Part shown: piece after piece, positions 1-13,000 of the stretch
Position numbering within the stretch: the stretch's first letter is position 1
Layout of the letters: every line of letters starts with the position of its first letter
Assembly (NCBI RefSeq): GCF_964204645.1
Contig: NC_134033.1
Span: forward strand, 8,006,655 to 8,070,654
Source: Tubulanus polymorphus
Lineage: Eukaryota; Animalia; Nemertea
Direction of reading: 5' to 3'
Length of the DNA stretch: 64,000 bases
Program-made: the position numbers and the translations under genes
Notes under the pieces: model-generated
Database searches by the model: none
The model's input: only the letters and a program-made list of their open reading frames with translations
Told to the model about the DNA's origin: nothing

Positions 1-2495
1 GTGTTTCCGTTAAATTGAACACATGATTTCACCGAATTATAGATATTTTTAACTACGTTCAAAAAATTCCCCGTAATGCTACTCTCTATCAATTTTCTCC
101 ATAATGTAACCCGGCAAACCGAGTCGAAAGCCTTCTTAAAATCTACAAAGGCGCAAAAAAGTCTTCTTCCTTGGCATAAGTACAATTCGACGATTGTTTT
201 CAACGCGTAAATATGGTCAGTAGTAGAATATTTTGGTCTAAATCCGGCCTGTGCTTCACTAATTATATTGTTTGAATCGAGAAAAGTTGACAGCCTTTGG
301 TTAAGGATACTTGTGAATAATTTACCAAGACAGCTAACTAGTGTTATACCTCTATGATTATCAGGATTAGTGGGATCGCCTTTCTTTTTAAAAACAGGTT
401 TAATTATCCCTATAGACCACGTCTCCGGAACATGTCCAGTCTTAAGAACTAAATTAAATAGGTTTCGTAATATATTAACTAAGCACGGATACCGACTAAA
501 TTTTAATAACTCATTAATGATTCCATCTATACCAGGTGCCTTATTGTTCTTAAGCAATGAGATAGCTTTCATTACTCCATCAGCTGTTATGTCGCAGTTT
601 AAAATATGGTTGTCATATACAGGAGGATCATCATTCTGTTGTTCAATATTATCGTTCCCTTCGTTTACACCATTTAAGTCATTTAATTGCATAAAGTGTT
701 CAAAAATATCAATATCAATATTAGCGTCCTTAGTTTTTGCATAAGTTGCAGAATTAAGCATAGCCCAATACTTTTTCGGGTTATTAAATTCACAATGTCG
801 TAGTTCTTTAATAAAAGTTTCCTTCTGTTTTCTCTTACTTTCCCGGATGATTTTTTTATATTTCTTTGACGAGTTCTTGAAAGCATCAAAGTTAGAAGGG
901 GTGGGGCAACCTCTATATCTGTTTTTATTATAATTATAATCTTTACGCGCATCCCTACAGCTACGATTGAACCACTTGTTATGAACCGGGCTTCTACGTC
1001 TTCTATTTTTCCTATTGAGCACCAAGTTACATTCTTCGGCACTTAACACCAGGGAAGATACAAATCTATCAGTGAGTTCGTTTACTTTGTTTAGAGACTG
1101 ACTACCTGGGTCCTGCAATCCATCCATAAGTGAATCATTGAGGCCAATGTCATATAATCTTGATTCTACTGTCGCGAAAAACTGATCTGATCTACTATTG
1201 TCCCATCTAATTGATGGCTTTCCATTTACCTGCTCATTGTTAGCATTATCAGCAATAATAGTGTCCCTAGAATTTCTGCTTAAACAAAGCCTAAAAGAGA
1301 GATGTCCATCAGACAATAGCGGTTCAAAAGGCATTATCTGAAAGTCGCAAACATATTCAAACAGGTCAATATCGCATACAAAGTAATCAATAACACTAGT
1401 TCCCTTAAAAGTATAATCACCAGACTGGTCCCCGCCACATCTGCCATAATTAATGAATGATTCTTACAGAAATCAATTAACTGATAGCCTGTGTTATTCG
1501 TTCTTTTGTCCTGATTATTTCTTACAGTCGTAATGTCTAAGCTAAATAAAAGCTGTGAATCAACAGTGGGGTGTAAGTTATCGTCTATTATCTGATTATC
1601 AGGCTCTATAAAATCTGGTATACAGGAAGTGTGAGCATTAAAGTCACCCGTAATTAGTACATTAAAATCATTTTCAATCTTTAGCTGTAACAATTCTAAT
1701 TCCATTTCATTAATTGCTCTATTCGAATAATATTTACTTGTTTCAGGGGGAATATAAACTACACCTAAGAGTACATTTTTGTCGAAGTTAAACAAACTTT
1801 TATCTAAGCAGTACCAGGATACAAAAGGGCAATCAGTTGATAATGGTTCAATCTTACTATCAAAACAACTCTTATAAATTATACCGATTCCACCTGAACT
1901 CCTTTTCGAAATTATTTTCCTGTTTTTAAAATGTGACACATACGAACCGGGTAAATCATTGGTTAGATTTCCATCGACATCGTCGAGGTGGGTTTCAGTT
2001 AAACATACAAAATCATAGCTAGTAATAAAATCATCAAATTCAGGGACACCGAGTTTACTATTAATACCGCAAATATTGAGACTTACAAATTTAATATCTT
2101 TAATCGACTGTTCATCACCTATTCCTACTTCATTGTCTTCATTAAAATTAAGGTTATCAGTATCCAAATTAGTTTTTTTTTACATTTACAACAGGGACAA
2201 CATTTTTATTTACTCCATCATATACATCAAAACTGCTCATTTCATTATTTACATCAAACTCTCTTCTTTCGTTATTAACATCAAAACTGCACCTTTCATT
2301 ATATACATCAAACTCTATTCTTCCATTATTTACAACAGACTCGCTGATTTCATTATTTAACTCGTCATTTTTGCTATTTACATCAGGATTGTTGCCAAAA
2401 AGAGCAAAACTATTCACAAAGTCTAGCGCATAGCATCGACCCTTCGCAAAAATCACCGTCCGATCGATATACTCAACACGTATAAAACCCTCCAC
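1..2495 (-). pseudogene. LINE ORF2 (APE endonuclease-reverse transcriptase), frameshifted
   Basis: APE and RT motifs lie in different frames. A frameshift at the T-run ~2173-2181 separates a repeat-containing leader (2169-2495) from the APE ORF. Confidence 0.85.
2205..2360. repeat. 27-bp degenerate tandem repeat (~5 copies) inside the LINE ORF2 leader
   Basis: Units such as tacatcaaaactgctcatttcattatt and tacatcaaactctcttctttcgttatt alternate; they encode DV(Y/N)NE..(E/S)F repeats. Confidence 0.8.
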
Positions 2496-2501
2496 TGCAT
2501 C

Positions 2502-3335
2502 CTAGCTGCTATCCATGGCAGCACGTTCCCGGCGATCTCGGATAACAAGTTTGTCCCTGGCGAAAAACGCGTGTTTTCCGCTGGCTTTCGCAGCCCTCAG
2601 TTCCGGTAACAGTTCGCGTCTACGGGCGGCCCACTCTTCTGGAACTTGCTCGCTCAAGCCTAACGAAGTACCGGCTAGATTCCTCGCGACAGAGCGCACT
2701 AATTCTCTGTCCTTAAAATGTTCGAACTTCGCCACTATCGCACGCGGTTTTTTTTTATCGCTCTTTCTTTTTCCTAAACGGTGGACACGCGCAAACTCAA
2801 TAGCCTCGACGGATTCTTTTGCTAGCTTTAGATCGTGAATACAGAATTCTCGCACCATATTTTCTGTATCTTCACCATCGGATTCTCCAACGCCGTAAAA
2901 AATCAAATTATCCCGCATACTGCGCCATTGCTGGTCGAGTAAGAGTTCGTGGTCTGATTTGACGATGGTCTCCTGGTTCGCTACGATTTGCTCGAGTTTT
3001 TTCACTCTATTCTTAAGCACCGTGTTTTCGCTTTTCAATTGCAGAACGTCTTGGTGGCAGAACTCTAGCGACTGCTTAACTTCGCTCATATCTTTCTGTA
3101 AATCGTCTAAGAGTTCTAATTTCCCGAGTTGAGACAGAATCGCGTCAAGTTTCGTTGATATTCCACTGTCCTCGCGCGATGCCGTTTTCTCCGTCGGTAT
3201 CTTCTGTACCAGAATTTGTTGTAGCTGCTTGTCCGAGATTGGTATTAGCTGCGGCTGCCGATTCTGATTCGTTCTTGATGTTCCACTGGTTTTAGGTTGT
3301 TTCCTCGGGGGTGAAGTGCTCTGCCTGCCCGCCAT
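2502..3335 (-). CDS. LINE ORF1p (coiled coil + RRM + CTD; L1/Transposase_22-like), intact 277 aa
   Basis: Heptad region (LKSENTVLKNRVKKLEQ) followed by the typical ORF1p RRM motifs RDNLIFYGVGE, IEFARVHRLG, KPRAIVAKF and LSEQVP. Confidence 0.88.
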   Translation of the reverse strand: MAGRQSTSPPRKQPKTSGTSRTNQNRQPQLIPISDKQLQQILVQKIPTEKTASREDSGISTKLDAILSQLGKLELLDDLQKDMSEVKQSLEFCHQDVLQLKSENTVLKNRVKKLEQIVANQETIVKSDHELLLDQQWRSMRDNLIFYGVGESDGEDTENMVREFCIHDLKLAKESVEAIEFARVHRLGKRKSDKKKPRAIVAKFEHFKDRELVRSVARNLAGTSLGLSEQVPEEWAARRRELLPELRAAKASGKHAFFARDKLVIRDRRERAAMDSS

Positions 3336-3629
3336 TTTCTCCAGTTCTCACAGGTACGGATTTTGTATTTGGAAGTAAAAAAAGAAAGGAATAGGTGAAT
3401 GTTCAAGTATTTGAAATTTATCTGGCGGCAAAGGTTGGAGCTAAGTCACAATTAATGTAATCTACGGTGGCTACGCGCGGTGTTCAAAAGTCGTGTCGGT
3501 TATCAGCTGACGGATCGGTAGCAAATTCTCAGAACAACAGTTATAATTATATTATATCTCAGTATATTATCACAAGGTTAGAAAGTTTCCTTGTTTTATG
3601 ATTTTTTCAATTAGAATCTGAAAATTTAC

Positions 3630-3756
3630 CTCGTCGATTGATATTCTCAGGAGCGCGCCGAAAGTACGTCCGTGCAGTTGGTGACGTACCGTGCAGTGCT
3701 GCCACCTCCGAATAGTAAGTGGCAGGTGAGTATAAAACCAGGTCAGCAGCAGCCAT
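3630..3756 (-). CDS. Probable first coding exon of an unidentified gene, divergent from the hnRNP gene
   Basis: Strong Kozak context aaaATGGCT. Open frame MAAADLVLYSPATYYSEVAALHGTSPTARTYFRRAPENINRR ends at donor GAG|GTAAAT. Locally GC/CpG-rich. Downstream exons would lie outside the window. Confidence 0.5.
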
Positions 3757-4001
3757 TTTGTAAGCGGCAAATTTCCAGCAGGTCTCCGGCGAATTAGCTA
3801 CGCATTTTAAACCGAATAACCGCGAATTCGAACATGTCTGCGTTTTTAGAGTTAGACCCGAAGGCTGAGGAGAGTTTAAGGTAGTTATTAGTATCGATTT
3901 GAGATTGATGTACTTGTTAGAATGAGGTTTAATCGGGGGTTGTTTTTGAACTCTTGCTTCTGGTTTGGTTTTGCACGCGCGCGAGTTTCTTTGTGTGTAA
4001 A
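3757..4001. promoter_or_regulatory. Candidate bidirectional promoter / 5'UTR region
   Basis: About 245 bp between two divergent ATGs. CpG-rich, with an NRF1-like GCACGCGCGCG (~3973) and a YY1-like GCCATTTT overlapping the minus-strand ATG. Confidence 0.45.
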
Positions 4002-7000
4002 ATGAAGGTATCATGGCGCGCACGTGAAATAGAAGAATATTAGTTAGTTACCTAATCGTAGGTAAGCTTTTTATAATCGGATGGGCTTATACCAACGTTA
4101 GGGATGACAAGGGCCAAAATACGGTTGAACAATTTTTATTGATTTCTCGAAAAAATGTTGATTAAGCGCTCGAAACATCAATAAAATTGAATAATTTGAA
4201 AGGTACCTGTGTAAGTTTGTGAATTAAGCCATTGATTGTGGACTGAAGTCAAAAGAAAGTATATTTCTGAAGTGTTTTTAAGTGTATTGGCCTTGTCATC
4301 CCTAACATAGGTATAAGTAGTAAGCCCATCGATTGTAAAAAGCTTACCACCAACGATTTGTTAACTAACCAAGACAAGTGGCTGTTTCTCAAGTCAATAA
4401 GTTGATTCACAGTAAGAAAGAAAATACTGAGAGATAGAGTCCATTTGGCTACCGTGTTTCTTACTTAACTGCTTGTTATCAGGATTATGTCATTTTGGTA
4501 GTCTAGTACCTACTGTCTGTTACACATGCCTTCCATTTCAGGGTGTTGTGAAAACTTACAGGTTGGTTTGAGCCCTGTGGTCTAGTGGAAAGACATAAGG
4601 CTAGCAATCTGGAGCCAGTTGCTCAAAAGTTAGTTAAAGATAACCGGCCGTGAAATACCATAGTAACCATGAAATTTAAATTGTCACCATATCAACTATC
4701 CACTGGTTAACTAACCAACTTTTGAGCAACCGACCCCTGCTGGTCCAGGTTCGAATCTCGCTCTATGCTGCTATTTTTCTGACTCCGATCCCCACACTTT
4801 CCTTGAATTCTTTGTCGCGTCTCAGTGCGCATGTGCGGCATCAATTAGCCTGATCAGAATGGGCCATTGGTAAAATAGCGTTTCAAACATGATTAATGCC
4901 ATTGGCAAAATATCGCCTCCCTGATCTATTTCTGAATTACTTAATTGATCTGTTTTTACCATGTTTTTAATTGATCATCTTATCTCGGTAAAGTTAAAAT
5001 ATGTGTCAAAATGTTATAATATTAATCAAACAGGTATTTGTTACTGATCGATGTGATTTCGAGTGTTAAAACGGAAAAAAAGATAAATAAGCAAAAACGC
5101 TATCATGTCCAGTAAATTTCTTGTATTTCAGAAACTTTTCGCTAAAGACTGCATAAAAGTTGAGGTCTCCAGTCTGTAAGATGTGATCATGATATACGGT
5201 TACCAGGCATTTGATTACTGGTTATATATTTGTATTTTCAGGAAGGTGTTTATTGGACATCTAGGCGATGATACCAATAACGGTGAGTGTTCCCATAAAG
5301 TATCCCGTAAAAACATGCTGGGGCTAGTTGCTCTGTTGATTAGCTCATATCATATCCGGTATGTTGATTAAAGGGTAACTGACACTTTTTTAAAGATTAT
5401 CTACTTTTTACACTAAACGATATATTATTATACAATAAGGCTAGGTGATTTCATAATTGGAAAAATCTTTTCAATCTAGTCAGAATTGATGATTTTGATA
5501 TTCGCGCACCTGTTCAGTGTGTACATTGCCCTAGTCAGTAACCTGTCTGTGGTTTAGTTTCACGATCGGATATTTTCACAAACCACAGTCAGGAATGGGA
5601 AGGTCATTTTTGTATGCAATCTTCGTCAGGCAATTTGACGAGTAATTTGCCTGGCATTTCCTTGTCTCAAGATATCCGTCTAATTTTTGTTGTAATCGAG
5701 GCACAACAGATTTGTAGTTTGTCTGATACCTATAACACCTCACCTGACGATCTTAATCCATGTGCAAATCGGCTGTAAAGTGAGAGTAAATTTCCGTCAA
5801 GTCAAGAGCTGCCATTTTGAAAATTACTGGAGGTGCTGGCACCTGTGGACTGAGGCCAGGACAACAGCACAAACTAACGAAGCGAAACGACGAAATTGAA
5901 AAAAAATTAAGAAATCAACATTTATTCACATTTTTCTTTTACCAGAATTTATTATTTCATTATTCATTATGGAAAACACGAAGATTTGAAATATAAGTTG
6001 GAAACCATCAAAAATAAAAATTGTCGTTTCGTCTTGGAAGTTTTATATAAATCCTTGTAGGTCCCCTTGTCTTATCATGCCACATGTGCAATACAGAGAA
6101 ATGGCGGCCAATGGCGAAATTTGTGGAGAAATTAATTAATTTCTCAAAATAATGTTGATTAATCACTCGAAACATACATAAAATTGGATTATTTCGAAAG
6201 GTACCTGTGTTAGTTTGTGAGTTAAGCCATTAATTGTGGACTGAAGTGAATAGAAAGTATATTTTTGAAGTGTTACTTTTTTCAACCGTGTTTTGGTCCT
6301 TGTCATCCCTAATGTTGGTATAAGCCGATCCGATTATAAAAAGCTTACCACCAACAATTAGGTAACTAACTAACATTGCCCTTGTTGAACGCGTGGAACT
6401 GTGTCTATTAATAGAACTACGTCACTAAAGTGATGGCTTGGAAGTGATGTCTATAGAAATGAATAGGAAATAAGCTACAAGAGCAATTAAACTTAATTTT
6501 ATACTTATTTGGCATTCGAATTGAGACAAAATGCATTTTGATTTTGAAAGTCTACATATTAATGATTATAATTAGCTTTTGAACGGACCATATCCGTTCA
6601 AAATAAGCGCAAAAATAGGATATGAATAGCAATCCATGGCATTTTCTAGTAGACCGCAAGGAACACGGATGTTTAAATCATCGTTTTGTATTATCATCTT
6701 TAGTGATAGTAAGTAAGATCATGGTTAAATCTAAGAATATTTTGACTTTTGAACTGATGAAACTTAGACAGAATTAGCCGCAAGAACAATTTCAATTGTT
6801 TTCTTGAAATATACCTCGTATTGCTAGCGGCTTTGGTCACAAAATTATTATTTCTTCATCCATCCTAATTTTAAAACTTAGAAATAATGTTTGTGAAAGA
6901 TTTGTGATGTAATCTATCAAAACTCTTCTGCAGCGTAAAACTTTAATCGAATAACATTATTCCTTTGAATATTTGTTGTAAAGGCTGTAGAAATTTATTG

Positions 7001-10000
7001 AAAGTTTTTGTAGAGTTTTGAAGTGTTAGTTTTCAAACAACTTAGTCTTAAATGACTATGAAAAATAGTAAATAGTAAACGAATATGAATCTATTTATTC
7101 TTAAGCGAGATCGAAATCTGTGATTGCTTATAAGACACTGTATAGTATGCTTGTGGTGCTGAACTATAGGTGAACTATGGAGCAGCAGTAACAGTGCTGA
7201 GAGCTTAGCATAGTGTACTTCAATAGCTTCATAGCAGCGGATTGAAATCTGCATCTTCAATTTGATCGATTTAGCCTATTCAAATTACTCATTGATTCTT
7301 TGAAGTAGGTTTATGCAATAGACAATAGATCCTTTTACCTCCCTGGCCAGTTTCAAAGCTGTAAAACAATCTGGCATTGAGATATAACAGAAAATACACG
7401 CAGTTTCCTCAAAATTCAACGCATTTCTATAGATGCTATTTCTCAGCTCTGCCTTTAATGACGTCGCAGCGCGCACCTGCTGATTTAGCCGACTCTGAAC
7501 AGTAAGCGATGTCAACAATGAAATGAGGTCAAAAATCTTGTTACAAAATCACAAATTGCGCGTAAACTAAACACCCCTGCTCGCGATCTCCGGTCGCTCT
7601 GGTCGTTGCGAGCAACAGTTTCTTTTCCCAATCTTTTGGAATTGCCTTTTTCATCCCCGATAAGGTCTTCACTTGTAGATTCATAATGAAAATATGACCG
7701 GACTCCAACCAACAATTGCAATTGGGCCGTCAAGTGCTGCCACCATGTGATACCTGGCAACCAGTCTTTACATCGTCATCGTTGTAAAATGTTTTTTGAT
7801 AATTTTAGGACATTTATAGTGATTTCTAGCATTTGCAGTGAGGTTTTATCATATCAAACATAACGGCAGAATATCATAATTTACCAATTACCGATTCTAA
7901 CTAGCGCCATCAAACGAATAATTCAAGATCTTGAATTTGTCGATATCCCGTATCAAAACTACCACAGAGGAGTGCCTGTCGCCTGAACATCATTGTTAAT
8001 TGAAGCATCACTGATAGAGAGAACACAGCCTAAAATTTATACCTTGGCTAATGTGTATGGGCTATACCATTATGGAAATAAGGGTGGGTAGGAATATCAT
8101 TGGGCTAATGTCTGGGCGATTACACAATGCTGTGTAGGGAAGGTAGGTATAAGGTAGGCTAAGAGCTACGTACAACTACAATACAACGTCAACCATGCAT
8201 CTTATTATTAAGACAGTCTTAAAAATCTTATTGAATTGAAACTTACAGAATTAAACCATGATGAAATTGTTCTATTTCTTTACTTAATTCCACAGAGGAA
8301 TTTTTCAGGGTTTTGGGAAAATAGAACCACTTTTAGCTGGGAGAAAGTGTCTGTTTAACGGTTAAAAAAAAAACAGCCTCGATACGGAAACCCTCTAGGG
8401 GTCAGATTGGTAGTGATCTGTATGCTTTTTGGCCGCACACAGATCACAACGATCATTGTTAAATCACAGGGATGAAAATCTTCTGTCCAAAGATGGATTT
8501 CCGACCTTATAGTTTCATTTCCATCATTCTTGAGAACAGTGTAAATCCATTACAAAAAATTTTTGTCGAGGACCGTAAACAATTGTATCTTTTTCGCCTT
8601 ATTTGACTACAAAATAATTCTTTGAAAAAGATAGAATGCAATATATATGAAATAGAACTCTGAATTCACGAATTGAAAAGATAATTTATAGGCAATGCCC
8701 TTGCTCTATATCTCGCTGTGTATACAGCACTGCTGTCTCGACTACACACTAGCCTACTATAAGTGCTAACTCGGGGTATTCCCAAGAATACAGCGTATTT
8801 GAATGACGTAGTTTGCATAGATATGTGAAACCAGCTGACATTACTGGTGATTTCCATTGCATGAAGAAAATCCCTCACTCGCAGCGCTTTCAAGAAATAA
8901 AATCCGGGCTAGCGACTGACAAACAGCAGAGACCACCCTACCGTCAGTGTTAACCACGAACTGCGCAATATCTATGAACTACTTTAAGTAGTTCATAGAT
9001 ATTGATTTATCTTTTGACTGTTGTAGACTCAATCTGGAGATTGATCATGGCCACTAATGTACTTTGCTATAGTTGTTGGCCATATTTCACTTCGGAAGGG
9101 TGCCATTTTATGAATCTCTGGCCTAAGTTGCACTGGTGGCAAAACCTCCAGTACAAGTGTGAAATTTTATTAGCTAAACTACGCTACCATTTTGCTATTT
9201 TTTAGAGATGCTACAGAGCCATTTTTCGTCGTTCGGGGACATCGAGAAAGCAGTTGTTGTCAAAGATCCGAACACGAACAAGTCGAAGAAATTTGGTTTC
9301 GTTACTTTTAGATCGATGGAATCTGCGGATAAATGCCTCGCGAGTGACCGAAGTCCAACCATCGATGGAAAACCGGTTAGTTTCAATTTGTTCTGGGTTC
9401 GTAGCGGGCTTTGAATTCAGCACTTTGGTGTTGAAAATTATAAAAGTCATGCGCCCCTACAAAAAATTGATTTGCTCGTCCCAATAAGTTGAAACACTAC
9501 CGGTACCTCAATAATAGTATAAATAGAGTGAGTCGGACAAAACTTCATGCCATATAAACTTATTACATACGTCAATTATTGTAGAAGTGGCTCACCACGG
9601 AGCAGGTAGGCCTATAAATACCTGGGGTTTCCCGGCATGATATAAATAAAAAAATCGATGAGCGCCAAGGTCCTGACTCTGCAGCCTCAGCCGCTGAATT
9701 AACAAAACCAGCGGCCTCAATTTTTCAAGTTTCAATGCCAGTAGATAAACTTTTGCAGGGAAGAGAATTCCCCGCGGATCCGCGGTTTCCCGCTGATTTC
9801 AGTATTGAAAAATATCAATTTTCCAAATAGTCCAAAAATGATGTAAAAGTATGGGGGGGGTGTTGATCTCACTCAATTGGTCTGGCGCGATTGGTAATCA
9901 GGTGAACCGTCTTACTGTTGCCACCGTCTTACTGTGTGTGGCGAACGCCTTCAGATACTATACACTACTGGGTGATGATTTTTAGTGAGCATTCATCGGC

Positions 10001-13000
10001 GCATTTTAACTGCAATAATTCAGGGCTCGACCCGTAATGCATGAGATGCTGAATGTAATCGAAAGAGGATGTACCACATTGGAACTAGCCATTACCCAGG
10101 GTTCGTAGCGATCCTGGAAAGTGCTTAATAGTGCTTGAATCACAAAATGCGTTTTCAAGGCCTTGAAAATGCTTGAATTTTCAAAATTTCAGTAAAAATC
10201 ATTGGAAGTCCTTGAATTTTTAATGTTGTCCAAATTTTGTCAATTAGTTTGTTGTTGTATTGACTTCAATACGCCCGGGCACTGCCAACCACGTGTGAGA
10301 GTGCTGTGACTCCGTACTGTCAGCGTGCTATAGACTCCTATACACTGCTGACTTGTGTATATATACAGTACAAATGTATTAGGCACGTGGCTCACTGCTG
10401 ACAATGCGTATACAAATCTATTAGTAGACACGTGGCGGCACTACCGCTATCGCGCGCCACGTATATACAAATGCCGTTGTGATGAAATAAACAAACAAAA
10501 TACTTCAAAATAATTCTAAATAGATTATTGGTAGTAAATAATGACTTCAAATTAATATAAAGACCGTTCTAAATTTTGACAATCTTTGGAGCATTAACTA
10601 TCGAAAAGTGATTTTTTATGTCCGGGTATCCCGAGCTGATCATGATTAAGCGTTAAGATGTTATCATTTAGACGTTTAAGCCGGTCATCGAAATTTGGGC
10701 GCTATTGCACTTAGTACCCCCCTCCCAAAAATGTTTATTTCAGCATATTTATTATCAGGCAGGTCTAGGGATTCAAAATCAGTAACTTTTGACCCAAAAA
10801 GAAACTTACTTTTACTTGATTAAAATTTAGATATTTTGGCCCTAAATCGCGTGTAAAATCGCCGATTTGCGACGTCAACAACGCCATATTGGATGTCAAT
10901 CAAAGTTTCTAACCCTCTACTGAAATGTCATGACATTAAAAATTTGCAAAAGCCATGTTTTCAAACTTAACCATCTCTGAAAATGATGTGTATGTTTGCA
11001 TTATTTTCATACTTAGCTATTGATCTAAAGATGTTCTGATGAAGAAAAGTTATATGCCCAAAACGAAATTTTATCAAATCAATTCAATTACATTTATTGA
11101 TATACATTTTTTCAGATGTTTTTAGGTGGTAATTAGTGCGGAAACATGGCCGACCCGTCGGTTTGAATCGAGGAAATCGGCCCCAAATTATCAGAATTTT
11201 GGCTAGGAAAAAATTTTTTTTGTCAAAAGTAATTTATTTTGACTCTACAGACCTCCCTGATTCATAATATACAGAAATAAAAATTTTTGGGAGGGGGTAC
11301 GAAAGTGCAATAGCGCCGAAATTTGTTGGATTCAAAATTAGATAGGCCAGTATGGGAAAGTGCCATTTCTCTGTGCCATTTCTCTGACGCCTGGTTGGTG
11401 CATGAATCATACAACAGTTGGATTCAACGCAGACAAATTACAACAGAAGCTAGGTGAAATCTGGCAAAGTGAAACTCATGAGCTCATTTTAAAATCTGTG
11501 ACCATGAGAAATTCGGCTAAAGACAAGTCACATGAGTTGGCCGATGTAATTTCAGCCATCAAAACTCAAAAGGACCAAATTAATCGATTGTAAATAGGTC
11601 GGTGAGCTGTAGTTTGATTTTGTATGATTTTGTTGTTTTTGCTTTCGATAGTATGGCTTTTTGATGGCGAGGTCTACCTGTAGTTCCGTTGAAAGGCCCA
11701 CAGATTTCTTGTTTTTAAGTTATTAATTTCTGATACATGTAGTAAATCTTTCTTAAAATAAAGCTGAAAGATTCCAAAGTTATCAAGTGCTCTGCTACGC
11801 GTGGATGTTTCTTTATGATGATTTGCGTTTGTACTTATTTTAAATTTCTGCAATAAAGGAATTTTCATTGCAATAAATTCGCCTTAAATACTAGTGTTTA
11901 TATGGTATTTTTCAGAAAATAGTACTTGAATTTTGTTGAAATAGGTCCTTGAAAGTACTTGAATTAAGTTGGGCCTGGAGGCTATGAACCCTGTTACCTT
12001 CCAAAATATAATAGTCGTTCATGGGTTCAAGATCGCCCTAAGTCCTCGGAAAACGCTTTTAATTCCTAAAATTTCCTTGGGGGAGTTTTTCAAACATTAG
12101 GTTACCATATGGAAATAAATTTAATGCTTGCTAAGCTTTATTTATATCTAAATTATATAAATGGAATTTATCAAACTGGAAAAACATCAAACCATTTTGT
12201 GCACGTAAGACCACTAATCACCGGCAGGAAGGTGCTTCAAGCAAACTGCCGACGATCACTTACTAGTCAAAGAATATAAAAATTACCGAACTAAAACTAC
12301 AGTAGTTGATTATGATCCCAATTGCTGGGAAACGCATCTGAGCAACTACAAATCAGGCGCTGGAAAAATTGTTTATGTCCTTATTAATGTAATTGGGAAA
12401 AAATTGTCGATTCAAGGTCGTTGACAAGCGAGCCGCGAAGTGAGTGGGGGAGCTCAAGGGGGTATCCCTCTAATTCTTAATTACCTGTCCTGAAGTGTTG
12501 TGATTTCAGTGAAGATAGCACGGTAATTAGAGCTACTTATGATCTTACGATCTTATGGTGTAGTTCAATATTAATCATATCATGCCGGCCAAATGTACCG
12601 ATTGAAAACTTTTTCTTGGGATTCATTGAAATAAATCTTATTTTTTTATGAAAACGGCCAACCGACCGACTACTATGATGAGCTACATATGTTTGAAGTC
12701 AAGTGTACATCGTGTGAAAACATGCCTTGACGTGTGGCCTAGTTTAAGTTTTTTTTGGGGGGGGGACTAGCAGTGTTCCAATAACCTGCCATTCATTTTT
12801 TAGTGACTAGGTCTATATTAAAGCTGGTAATGTAAAAGCGCGCATATATACAATGTACTGTTTCATTTTGCACAGGATGCTCTAGCGGCAGTTTAGGTCT
12901 ACAGTAGAACTATATTAACTTCAATTACGTTATTGTAGAGAACATGTTCGCATTTTAACAATGCTTACAACATCACAACAAATAGAAATAATTTTTTTAA

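Larger units (their letters stand above)
1..3530 (-). mobile_element. CR1/L2-group non-LTR retrotransposon (LINE), 5' portion: ORF1 plus frameshifted ORF2 (APE endonuclease and start of RT), running off the window start
   Basis: ORF1 at 2502-3335. The APE ORF at 1334-2167 has SLNICG, CLTETHL, SGGIGI, GVVYIPP and TGDFNAH motifs. Minus-strand translation of ~370-110 gives RT motifs NHRGITLVSCLGKLFTSIL, QAGFRPKYSTTDHI and FVDFKKAFDSV. ORF2 is broken by frameshifts. The 5' boundary is approximate. Confidence 0.92.

Noticed and set aside
3722-3737. Plus-strand donor CAG|GTGAGT and TATAAAA
   Set aside because: It falls inside the better-supported minus-strand ATG exon, and no plus-strand coding frame links it to the hnRNP gene. 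It cannot be excluded as a 5'UTR exon.
4483-4497. Possible 15-nt hnRNP micro-exon (DYVIL)
   Set aside because: Weak donor (gtagtc) and only a 44-nt intron to the next exon.
9972-10052. C/D snoRNA candidate (GTGATGA...CTGA) with an 18S-like antisense ttttaactgcaa
   Set aside because: The antisense stretch is not properly placed upstream of a canonical D/D' box, and there is no clear terminal stem.
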